Virus genome (UHGV): UHGV-0211791
Length of the DNA: 39,228 nt
DNA from: a virus
Direction: 5' to 3' (one strand)
The position numbers and the translations under genes are program-made. Below are positions 1 to 7,261 of the stretch, one piece after another. How positions within the stretch are numbered: the stretch's first letter is position 1; each line of letters opens with the position of its first letter. Below the pieces are notes generated by a model. It had not been told where the DNA came from. It ran no database searches and saw only the letters and a program-made list of their open reading frames with translations.

Positions 1-18
1 CTGCATCGAGGAGGGGTA

Positions 19-696
19 ATGAAGACTGCGGAAAGGATTAATGAACTGTTAAAACTTAAAGGATGGAGTCAGGCAGAACTGGCCAGGCAGTTAGGCGTAA
101 CAGCGCAATCAGTCCAATACTGGACTACTGGCGAGACTTCTCCAAGAGGTAAACGGCTGGCAAAACTTTCTGAAATCAGCGGATTCCCCCAATCGTGGTT
201 TCTTGGTGAGTCAGAGAGCCCGACATTTCCTAATTCGCACAGAAATGAAAACCATACTGATAGCGTGAGGTTCAATGTGCTTGAAGTTGAGTTTAGTTGC
301 GGCGATGGCACCAGTGTTAAGGGAGACTTCATCGATGTAGTCAGGTCTATCGAACTTGATCCCGAATATGCGCGTCAACTAGTTGGAAACAGACCTTTCA
401 AAAATATTGAGATAGGTAATGCCAGAGGCGACAGTATGACTCCCACCATTTCTCCGGGAGATCTGCTTTTCCTTGATAAATCTGTCACTTATTTCGATGG
501 TGATGGCATTTATGCATTCTGCTTCGATGGTGAATGCTATGTGAAACGTCTTCAAAAAATGGGCTCTAAAATGGTAGTTCTTTCAGATAATTCAAACTAT
601 CAGCCCTGGAGCATTGAGAAAGAGGCACTCAACTTGCTTTACATACAATCCAAGGTAATCTCCTCAGTTCCGTTTAACATCAACAGATTTGGTTAA
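19..696 (+). CDS. cI: CI-type repressor (N-terminal XRE-family HTH, C-terminal S24 LexA-like autopeptidase)
   Basis: HTH segment WSQAELARQLGVTAQSVQYW. C-terminal GDSMTPTISPGDLLFLD...YVKRL matches the S24 Ser/Lys dyad region. RBS GAGGAGGGG lies upstream. Confidence 0.85.
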   Translation: MKTAERINELLKLKGWSQAELARQLGVTAQSVQYWTTGETSPRGKRLAKLSEISGFPQSWFLGESESPTFPNSHRNENHTDSVRFNVLEVEFSCGDGTSVKGDFIDVVRSIELDPEYARQLVGNRPFKNIEIGNARGDSMTPTISPGDLLFLDKSVTYFDGDGIYAFCFDGECYVKRLQKMGSKMVVLSDNSNYQPWSIEKEALNLLYIQSKVISSVPFNINRFG

Positions 697-710
697 CCAT
701 CTGAAATATA

Positions 711-734
711 ACGGGCTAATGCCCGTTTTTTTTG
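711..734 (+). terminator. Rho-independent terminator after cI
   Basis: ACGGGC-taat-GCCCGT hairpin followed by T8. Confidence 0.7.
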
Positions 735-760
735 TTTTGCCCTCTCCTTCAAAAAAAACA

Positions 761-822
761 TCAAGTTTAACTTGACGAAATCACATCCTCGCCATATCCT
801 CTAATCATCAAGTTAAACTTGA
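761..822. promoter_or_regulatory. OL-like operators: two perfect 15-bp palindromes (TCAAGTTTAACTTGA at 761-775, TCAAGTTAAACTTGA at 808-822). Candidate pL -35 TTGATA at 819-824.
   Basis: Both palindromes are perfect inverted repeats. The same half-site recurs before cro at the right end. Confidence 0.65.
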
Positions 823-861
823 TAAAACAAAAGTATTCATACATAGCTTGGGGATAAAAAT

Positions 862-1263
862 ATGCGTACTAAATCCACCATAGAACTTATTGCAATGGCG
901 CAGGCCGTATTAGTCTCTTTAATCGAATCTCACAAGGTTATCGAACCATGTGAAATCGAAGATAATCTTGTGGCTATTAACTCCCTCTTAGTTGATGCCT
1001 CAATTTCATCTTCTCAAAAAACAGTAACTACAAAAACAAATATAAAACCCAAATCGGCAACAGCAATGCTGGAAGATCTCGCTGCTGAAATTCAAGAAAA
1101 TACATCGTTGTTAGAATTAATATTTAAAAACTCTCCTGATATGGGTGAAACAGACAATGCTTTGTCTTGTCTCCTACGTTCAATGCTCAAGACAGGAGAA
1201 AAGGCTTATGGATATATCGAAGCGTTGGAAAAAAGCACGCAATACGCTGGAGATGAAAAATGA
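862..1263 (+). CDS. Hypothetical acidic protein, first gene of the early-left transcript, AT-rich
   Basis: ORF with upstream GGGGATAAAAATATG. About 35% GC against about 55% for the phage. ATGA overlap with the next gene. Confidence 0.5.
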   Translation: MRTKSTIELIAMAQAVLVSLIESHKVIEPCEIEDNLVAINSLLVDASISSSQKTVTTKTNIKPKSATAMLEDLAAEIQENTSLLELIFKNSPDMGETDNALSCLLRSMLKTGEKAYGYIEALEKSTQYAGDEK

Positions 1264-1595
1264 ACATTTCCGCAAACAACGCAATCGACCAAGCAGAGAA
1301 AATCATCACTGACATCTTCGAAAATGGTGAGCATGATAAACAGACTGGTGACGGTCTTTATCGGGTTATGACACTGCTAGCTGATGCACGTTCATCTATC
1401 GGCGACATTGATGATCTATTCTTTGACGCTGTCATTACGGCAAGAAAATTAGAAGCTCTTTCCTGTATTTATTGTGAACAATATTTCACTGATGAAGATA
1501 ATGAAAGGCAAGAAACATATTTAGCCGCTGCGATACATGAATATGCAGCAAAGTCATGCAATGAATTAAAAAGCATCGCAGAGAAGCTTAATTAA
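1260..1595 (+). CDS. Hypothetical acidic protein (AT-rich, coupled to the preceding gene)
   Basis: ATGA start/stop overlap at 1260-1263. The protein is acidic and predicted helical. Confidence 0.5.
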   Translation: MNISANNAIDQAEKIITDIFENGEHDKQTGDGLYRVMTLLADARSSIGDIDDLFFDAVITARKLEALSCIYCEQYFTDEDNERQETYLAAAIHEYAAKSCNELKSIAEKLN

Positions 1596-1705
1596 GTAAC
1601 GTAATAAATTTAATTACGCCTTAACTGGTGGGGCTTCCTGCAACCGGAAAACTGGATTGGTGAAAAAATGACATTCATCAAAGATAAAGCGGCATACAAA
1701 ACAGC

Positions 1706-2002
1706 ATGTCTTTTCTTTATGACCTATGGCGAGGAGTACCGCCATATATCAGACCTATTCATGCGCAAAGCCTATGGAGTATGAATATGAGCAAACGAAT
1801 CCCAACAACGGTAAACGCACGTAACTGGACAACGCAGGAAATGAGCGTGCATGCCGAGCAGCTTTATTACTTGCTTCAAACGATTTCAGAGAATTTCTTA
1901 AAAATGGATGATGCCCAGCGATTCGCATTGATTGAAATTGCTTGGAATCATTCATCGGATATTAACTCATGGTTTGGGGCGAATGAAAACAACAATGGAT
2001 AA
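1706..2002 (+). CDS. Hypothetical early protein (start uncertain, possibly 1781)
   Basis: ORF only. Confidence 0.3.
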   Translation: MSFLYDLWRGVPPYIRPIHAQSLWSMNMSKRIPTTVNARNWTTQEMSVHAEQLYYLLQTISENFLKMDDAQRFALIEIAWNHSSDINSWFGANENNNG

Positions 2003-2360
2003 CTTAATAACTACGTATCGTCGACGAATTTTAAAGGCAGCATTATTACGCCACCAGCGTAAAACAGGCAGTAACTGCCTTGTTATCAAACTCAATAAAG
2101 GCGGTATTAACACGGTCGAGTTAACAGAGATTTTACTTGATGGATTATTACGAAAATTCGAAAGGCTTGCGATCAGTGAGTACGGGAATGTCGAAGGCGT
2201 AAAAGCTATTAAGGGGATTTACAGCAGCTCTGTTGATGTTAATGGCAGCGGTGAGTTCCTGACAGAAAGCGGAAAGGCATTAATCGACGATCTCATTGCT
2301 GAGCTGGTCGAGTTTGCCAAGAAACAAAAATCAGTCACAGCGGAGACAAGCCATGAGTGA
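1983..2360 (+). CDS. Hypothetical early protein
   Basis: ATG at 1983 (MKTTMDNL...). The ORF-track start at 1932 would overlap the previous gene by 71 nt. Confidence 0.4.
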   Translation: MKTTMDNLITTYRRRILKAALLRHQRKTGSNCLVIKLNKGGINTVELTEILLDGLLRKFERLAISEYGNVEGVKAIKGIYSSSVDVNGSGEFLTESGKALIDDLIAELVEFAKKQKSVTAETSHE

Positions 2361-2565
2361 TCAGGCACCAATTATCACGCACGAACCAGTAAGTATCGTG
2401 CTGACGATCGAGAACGGGAAGGTTATCCACACGCGGCCGGTACATAATGGCGAGGTTACTGCATCGCTGGAGACGTTTTTATGGATGGCTGAACAAGCCG
2501 GTTACACGATCACCCCACCTGCAGGAGAGAAGGACAATGGCCCTGACCGCGATACGAATTCCTGA
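2353..2565 (+). CDS. Hypothetical early protein (70 aa)
   Basis: ATG at 2353, with GGAG 9 nt upstream. Confidence 0.4.
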   Translation: MSDQAPIITHEPVSIVLTIENGKVIHTRPVHNGEVTASLETFLWMAEQAGYTITPPAGEKDNGPDRDTNS

Positions 2566-2758
2566 GTGGGTACACCTGCAGGCGGTCCATGTACTCCGCC
2601 AGTTCAGAGCCAGACGAATTCATCCCTGCCGTATGCATGGTTCCGGAAACCTGAGCCTGAGGGTTAATCGCCGCTGGCGGCTTTTATCACGGGACGGCGG
2701 CCATAACTGGGAAGTAATGAGTCACGAACGATACAGCAAAATTAAGGACCGGAAATGA
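2537..2758 (+). CDS. Hypothetical early protein (73 aa)
   Basis: ATG at 2537 with RBS GGAGAGAAGG. Confidence 0.4.
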   Translation: MALTAIRIPEWVHLQAVHVLRQFRARRIHPCRMHGSGNLSLRVNRRWRLLSRDGGHNWEVMSHERYSKIKDRK

Positions 2759-3177
2759 ACGATAAACGCACCGTAAGCATGATTGATATGGCATTAAAGC
2801 GATACGAAACCCCGGTTGGTCCGTTGTTCGTGGCTCAACGTCATGGGCGCATCAAGAAATGCTTCAGCCGTGACACAGCGATCCGCTATCTGGCGTTTTT
2901 TATGACGACTTGGGCGTTTGAAGCCTCGGGTTTTCAATGTCGACACCCAGACGTACAGGCCGTCCACCCACTGAACCCGGATCTGAATTGCTGGCAACGC
3001 GGCGGTGTAACCCACGAATATTTCATGGCTCACCAGCGCTGTGTTCGCCGACTTCGCCTCATCCTTAAGCATAAACGTGAAGCGCAGAAATGGTGTGACA
3101 AGTGGGATGCCATGCATGACCGCTACATGAAAGAACGTGACGAACTCAAAGCAACAAAGCCTGTCGGGGTAGGCTGA
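2755..3177 (+). CDS. Hypothetical early protein (140 aa)
   Basis: ORF, ATGA overlap with the upstream gene. Confidence 0.45.
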   Translation: MNDKRTVSMIDMALKRYETPVGPLFVAQRHGRIKKCFSRDTAIRYLAFFMTTWAFEASGFQCRHPDVQAVHPLNPDLNCWQRGGVTHEYFMAHQRCVRRLRLILKHKREAQKWCDKWDAMHDRYMKERDELKATKPVGVG

Positions 3178-3402
3178 ATGAAAATCCGATACCAGGACTA
3201 TGGCGCTGTAGCGAATATCGTTATCACCAGCACCGTATTTGAGTTCCGTAAACATAATCGGGTGGTAGAAACAACGCTGTTTCTGGTGCCGTCCGTGGTC
3301 AGTTCGCGGCATGGAATCTTCATCTTGAAGACGGTTATCTCAGGTAAAAATCGCGATGCGCTGCGAGCTTACAGAACTGTACTCAGGGAGGCGGCACAAT
3401 GA
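3178..3402 (+). CDS. Hypothetical early protein (74 aa)
   Basis: ATG directly follows the upstream stop. Confidence 0.4.
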   Translation: MKIRYQDYGAVANIVITSTVFEFRKHNRVVETTLFLVPSVVSSRHGIFILKTVISGKNRDALRAYRTVLREAAQ

Positions 3403-3545
3403 ACACAGCGTTTGAAATGTGGGTTCGTAAGCGATACGGAAACCGCTACGACCTGACGCGGGATATTCAGGGGCTTTACAGCCGGGAAGTGGTTAAGCGG
3501 ATGTTTGAAGTGTGGTGTCACTGCCGTGGCCTTAATATGGTATGA
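3399..3545 (+). CDS. Possible small protein (48 aa, MNTAFEMWVRKRYGNRYDLTRDIQGLYSREVVKRMFEVWCHCRGLNMV)
   Basis: ATGA overlap with the upstream stop. Below the ORF-track length cutoff. Confidence 0.25.
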   Translation: MNTAFEMWVRKRYGNRYDLTRDIQGLYSREVVKRMFEVWCHCRGLNMV

Positions 3546-3553
3546 GGTGATAG

Positions 3554-3745
3554 ATGGCGACCCGATATATTGGTATGAAAGAAATGTGCGAGCTTACCGG
3601 GAAAAGTAAGCCAACTCTCTGGCGGATGTATGCGAAACGGAAAGAATTTCCTAAGCCAGAGAAAACACCCAGCGGTATTTTCCTAGGTTGGCCGGAGTCT
3701 GTTTACGAAGAATGGGTGAACAAAGAGAAAACTGCCGACTTCTGA
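3554..3745 (+). CDS. alpA: AlpA/Xis-like DNA-binding protein (excisionase/regulator family)
   Basis: 63 aa with the pattern ...TGKSKPTLWRMYAKRKEFPKPEKTPSGIFLGWPESVYEEWV, as seen in AlpA-family proteins. It lies immediately before attP. Confidence 0.7.
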   Translation: MATRYIGMKEMCELTGKSKPTLWRMYAKRKEFPKPEKTPSGIFLGWPESVYEEWVNKEKTADF

Positions 3746-3746
3746 T

Positions 3747-3766
3747 ACTTGACCCGTTACTTGACC
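3747..3766 (+). repeat. Arm-type repeat ACTTGACCCGTTACTTGACC (2 x ACTTGACC), attP left arm
   Basis: A near-identical 20-mer recurs at 3979-3998 on the other side of the tRNA-like core. Confidence 0.6.
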
Positions 3767-3816
3767 TTGTGCAGTAGCGGGTTCCCTATATTTACCGACT
3801 AACTTACTGATTTAGT

Positions 3817-3863
3817 TGGTACGCCCTGTAGGATTCGAACCTACGACCTACGGCTTAGAAGGG
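3817..3863 (-). other. attP core: 3' half (about 47 nt) of a tRNA-Arg(UCU)-like gene ending ...GGTTCGAATCCTACAGGGCGTACCA. Not a complete tRNA.
   Basis: The reverse complement reads CCCTTCTAAGCCGTAGGTCGTAGGTTCGAATCCTACAGGGCGTACCA. It matches the E. coli argU 3' half with compensatory T-stem changes. Upstream sequence cannot form an acceptor or anticodon stem. Confidence 0.65.
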
Positions 3864-3978
3864 CGAAAACAGACGGTTTCTTTAAACTTCCGTAGATTTC
3901 ACACGATTTCATAACGCTGATTATAAAGGATTTTTAGGTATTGATTGCTGTCACTTGGTTTCATACCATATCACCATA

Positions 3979-3998
3979 ACTTGACCCGTAACTTGACC
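3979..3998 (+). repeat. Arm-type repeat ACTTGACCCGTAACTTGACC, attP right arm, 9 bp upstream of int
   Basis: Direct repeat of 3747-3766 with 1 mismatch. Confidence 0.6.
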
Positions 3999-4006
3999 CT
4001 AAATCT

Positions 4007-5236
4007 ATGGCTAGTACTCTTCTGACAGACAGTAAAATACGTGGGCTGAAGCCTAAAAAATCTGCGTTCTACACCTGGCAGGCATCAGCCACCAGAGGAA
4101 CAGGAAGGCTTGGTGTGAAGACATACCCATCGGGCCGCAAGACCTTCGTTTACCGATACTTCCTCAATGGTAAAGAGAAATTCGTCAATCTTGGTGATTT
4201 CCCATCTGTGGCACTTGCCGAGGCGATAGAAAAAGCAAGTTCCGCCGCCAAGAATATTTCTGAGCCAGTTAAAGCCGTAACCGACCTTTCTTCCATTAAA
4301 CAACTTTTCGACGATTATATAGAAGATCAGAAAGCCCGTGGGAAACGTTCATACGAAAAAACGCAGAACCGGATTAACCAAGTTTTGGACAGCGAGCACA
4401 TTGATCCAGGAATGCTTGCGCGAGATGTCACCCCTGACCACATAAAACGAGTGTTATCAGAGTTCATCTCCCGGGGAGCCAAAGCCGGAGCAAACAAGGT
4501 TCGAGCCAATCTTCATGCAATTTTTAACTTTGGCCTATTTGCTGACAACGATCCGGCAAACATTGACAACAAGACCATATACGGGCTTGAACGCAACCCG
4601 GTATCTGTCGTTCCGGCCCAGCGTGGGGTCGATAAGGCACTGGATAGATTTCTTCCCTGGGATGAATTGTCCGAGTTGTTGGACATCCTTCATCGACCTG
4701 CATCGTCAGTTCCCATGAACAGCGATTTTGCCCAGCTTTTACTCTGTTGTATCCATACAGCAGGACAACGCCCTTGGGAGATAATGACGAATACCAAAAG
4801 CAATTGGGATAAGAAAGGAAAAGTGCTGACGGTTCCACCTGAAATCTCCAAAACTGGTGATTATCACGTCATCCCTTTAAGCGCTACAGCTACCAGCATT
4901 CTTGAAGAGATGGAAAAACGTTATCCTGAATCTGATTTTCTTTTCCCTGCGGAAACAGCTGAAGGACACCTACTTTCTGCCGAATACGGAAAGCAGCTAC
5001 GAAAATTCTGTGAACGCGAACCATTTAATAAATTTACGCCAAGGGATATACGCCGCACCTTTAAAACACTGGCCGGAGATATGGGTATAAGCACCGAGAT
5101 GCGCGACCGATTGCAGAACCATAAGCGGCCAGGAGTGTCAGCAAAGCACTATGACCGCTATGACTATCTTAAAGAGAAAAGGGAAATAATCGAAGAGTGG
5201 GAGCTGCGGCTTTTGTCTCTGCGGCAAGCACCTTGA
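4007..5236 (+). CDS. int: P4-type tyrosine integrase (N-terminal arm-binding DUF4102-like domain)
   Basis: N-terminus LTDSKIRGLKPKKSAFYTW...VYRYFLNGKEKFVNLGDFP. C-terminal catalytic R...HxxR...Y (HKRPGVSAKHYDRYDY). Confidence 0.9.
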   Translation: MASTLLTDSKIRGLKPKKSAFYTWQASATRGTGRLGVKTYPSGRKTFVYRYFLNGKEKFVNLGDFPSVALAEAIEKASSAAKNISEPVKAVTDLSSIKQLFDDYIEDQKARGKRSYEKTQNRINQVLDSEHIDPGMLARDVTPDHIKRVLSEFISRGAKAGANKVRANLHAIFNFGLFADNDPANIDNKTIYGLERNPVSVVPAQRGVDKALDRFLPWDELSELLDILHRPASSVPMNSDFAQLLLCCIHTAGQRPWEIMTNTKSNWDKKGKVLTVPPEISKTGDYHVIPLSATATSILEEMEKRYPESDFLFPAETAEGHLLSAEYGKQLRKFCEREPFNKFTPRDIRRTFKTLAGDMGISTEMRDRLQNHKRPGVSAKHYDRYDYLKEKREIIEEWELRLLSLRQAP

Positions 5237-5282
5237 CACTGGTTGGATATACAGATAAAAATAACTGTATATCCAACCAGTG
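5237..5282. promoter_or_regulatory. Perfect 18-bp inverted repeat (CACTGGTTGGATATACAG-N10-CTGTATATCCAACCAGTG). Each arm is a LexA-box-like CTGT-N8-CCAG element. Candidate SOS operator for dinI-like gene and int terminator.
   Basis: CTGTATATCCAACCAG closely resembles the E. coli dinI SOS box CTGTATAAATAACCAG. The hairpin starts immediately after the int stop codon. Confidence 0.5.
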
Positions 5283-5294
5283 AGTGAGGTTTAT

Positions 5295-5534
5295 ATGTTC
5301 GTTGAACTCGTCTATGACAAGCGTAATGTTGCAGGACTGGAGGGGGCCAGAGAGATCATCCTGGCTGAGCTGACGAAGCGAGTGCACCAGATCTTCCCTA
5401 ATGCCGAAGTGAAGGTGAAACCGATGCAGGCGAACGGGCTGAATAGCGACGCCAGCAAAAGCGATCGGGAAAAGCTGAACCGCATGCTGGAGGAAATGTT
5501 TGAAGAGGCCGATATGTGGCTGGTTAAGGATTGA
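5295..5534 (+). CDS. dinI: DinI-family protein (79 aa)
   Basis: Aligns with E. coli DinI (FP...E.L.R...EEADMWLV versus ESADDWFV). GAGG RBS 6 nt upstream of ATG 5295. Confidence 0.75.
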   Translation: MFVELVYDKRNVAGLEGAREIILAELTKRVHQIFPNAEVKVKPMQANGLNSDASKSDREKLNRMLEEMFEEADMWLVKD

Positions 5535-5598
5535 CGAAATGAGATATAACATAGTGCCATAGCTAAAGTGCGTAACCGCATAGTTTCGTGAGAAAATT

Positions 5599-6741
5599 GT
5601 GCGGCTAAGCTCACTTGCGATTATAATGGCATTATTTGCATTCAATGGAATAGATATGAAAGGGTTGGAGTCAAAATATATATCAAGGCTTGATCATTTA
5701 CGTTTCTTAGCTGCATCCTTAGTCGTATTTGTTCACGTATATAGTGCCTCAGGTGGGTATAGTGGGCATTCATCGAGTAACTTTTTTCTGAAGTTTTTTC
5801 TCTCTGGTAATACTGGCGTAACTCTTTTTTTAGTAATAAGCGGGTTCATATTTACAGTAATCACTAAAGCTGGAGCTAAAGAAATAGATTACAAATCATT
5901 TATTCTTAATAGAATAAAAAGGATCGCCCCTCTATTAATTGTAGCGCTTGTAATTTCTATATCACTAAATAGAGCAACAGTTACATTTAATGATGTAATG
6001 TCTATGTTCTTTCTATCTAACATGTCGGAATCCCCGCTTATAAAAACATTTGGCCCCACATGGACGATAGCAATTGAAACTCAATTTTATCTTATTGTTC
6101 CATTTTTATTAATCTTTCTTAATAAAAATGGCATTAAATACATTATTTCCCTTTCATTATTTTGGGTTCTGATTCGGGCTCTGCTAATACTAACTTATCA
6201 AAATAGTTTAGGAGCGGAACCTGAAGTTGGTCATTATTCTTATCTAACAATGATTGGCAGATTCGATCAATTATTAATCGGTATGATTGCTGGATATCTC
6301 TACCTCAACTACAGACACTTATTCACAAGTAAAATACTTTTTATAATATCCACCGTGATAGTATTTATCGCCATTAGCAGAATTTATAAACTTGATGCTT
6401 GGAACAGTCTAAAACCATCTTCTGTTCTCTTAACATATTTTGAAGCTCTCGTGTGGGCATTGTTTATTCTTTCATATATTTGCGTTTCTATAAAACTCCC
6501 TGATTGGTTAGATAATACCCTATCAAAACTAGGCGAGGTTAGCTACTCCCAGTATATTTTACATGTATTGCTAATTGGCTTCATTAACTCATACACTGGA
6601 TGGTTAGAACTAGTTGTCGATCCAAAATTAAATGCAATATTTAATTTCTTACTCTTTCTCCCTATCGTTCTCATCTTCTCAAAATTAAGCTATGAACTCA
6701 TTGAAAAACCGTTTTTACAAATGAGAAAAAAATACATTTAA
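5599..6741 (+). CDS. Membrane acyltransferase-3 family protein (Oac/OafA-like putative O-antigen acetylase). Start uncertain (GTG 5599, ATG 5626 or ATG 5656).
   Basis: About 10 TM helices. N-terminal R-x-D-x-LR-x-x-A...H motif (ISRLDHLRFLAASLVVFVHV). About 32% GC. Sits between int and the tail fibre genes, as seroconverting acetylases do. Confidence 0.7.
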   Translation: MRLSSLAIIMALFAFNGIDMKGLESKYISRLDHLRFLAASLVVFVHVYSASGGYSGHSSSNFFLKFFLSGNTGVTLFLVISGFIFTVITKAGAKEIDYKSFILNRIKRIAPLLIVALVISISLNRATVTFNDVMSMFFLSNMSESPLIKTFGPTWTIAIETQFYLIVPFLLIFLNKNGIKYIISLSLFWVLIRALLILTYQNSLGAEPEVGHYSYLTMIGRFDQLLIGMIAGYLYLNYRHLFTSKILFIISTVIVFIAISRIYKLDAWNSLKPSSVLLTYFEALVWALFILSYICVSIKLPDWLDNTLSKLGEVSYSQYILHVLLIGFINSYTGWLELVVDPKLNAIFNFLLFLPIVLIFSKLSYELIEKPFLQMRKKYI

Positions 6742-6745
6742 AGGA

Positions 6746-6767
6746 AAGCCGCACAAAAGTGCGGCTT
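6746..6767. terminator. Bidirectional rho-independent terminator between the convergent acyltransferase and tfa genes
   Basis: AAGCCGCAC-aaaa-GTGCGGCTT, a perfect 9-bp stem. Confidence 0.65.
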
Positions 6768-6775
6768 GTATGTTA

Positions 6776-7261
6776 CTACTTGCTATTAGGTAATGTAGGC
6801 CATTGAATATCTGGAGCAAGTGATGTATTCACCCGGCTAAGCTGAACACGGTACTTTTTCCACTCCAGGAGGCTATCTGACTCTTCATCTGTTGCGATGC
6901 CCAAATCTACCGCATCCTGCAGCGGTGCTATTTTGCTATTTGCCTGTTCAATCAATTTTTGTTTTTGCATTTCAGCTACGGCAATCTTATCCTCCGGGGT
7001 TGGTTCTGGAGCATCCACCCAAGCTGGCATTCCATCCTCACCAACGCCACGAACTTTTCCATTTCCATTCTGGAATGATGAGTATTCTGAGAATAATTCA
7101 TCAGAAACCTCTACTGCATCATCCGGCCAATTCCCGTTACGAACATAAACCAACAAATCAGAAATAAGATAAAATACATTTTTAGATGCTGACCAAGCAT
7201 AGTTACTTTGCCCACTGATTGTATAACATCCTGTATTTTTATTGTAAATTGACATTTTCAA
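6776..7261 (-). CDS. tfa: Tail fibre assembly protein (Tfa)
   Basis: C-terminal LEWKKYRVQLSRVNTSLAPDIQWP is a Tfa signature. Overlaps the fibre gene stop. Confidence 0.8.
   Translation of the reverse strand: MKMSIYNKNTGCYTISGQSNYAWSASKNVFYLISDLLVYVRNGNWPDDAVEVSDELFSEYSSFQNGNGKVRGVGEDGMPAWVDAPEPTPEDKIAVAEMQKQKLIEQANSKIAPLQDAVDLGIATDEESDSLLEWKKYRVQLSRVNTSLAPDIQWPTLPNSK

Noticed and set aside
1-3745. Left arm as a separate island or host DNA outside the prophage
   Set aside because: Its operators (761-822) share the TCAAGTT/AACTTGA half-site with those before cro at the right end. The gene order cI-pL-early genes-xis-like-attP-int is one lambdoid arm.
3817-3900. Complete tRNA gene on the minus strand
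   Set aside because: Only the anticodon loop to the CCA end (about 47 nt) matches a tRNA-Arg. The upstream bases cannot pair to form an anticodon stem, D-arm or acceptor stem. It is an att core fragment.
5169-5645. 158-aa minus-strand ORF overlapping the dinI-like gene
   Set aside because: It is antisense to a DinI homolog with a good RBS and an SOS-box-like operator.
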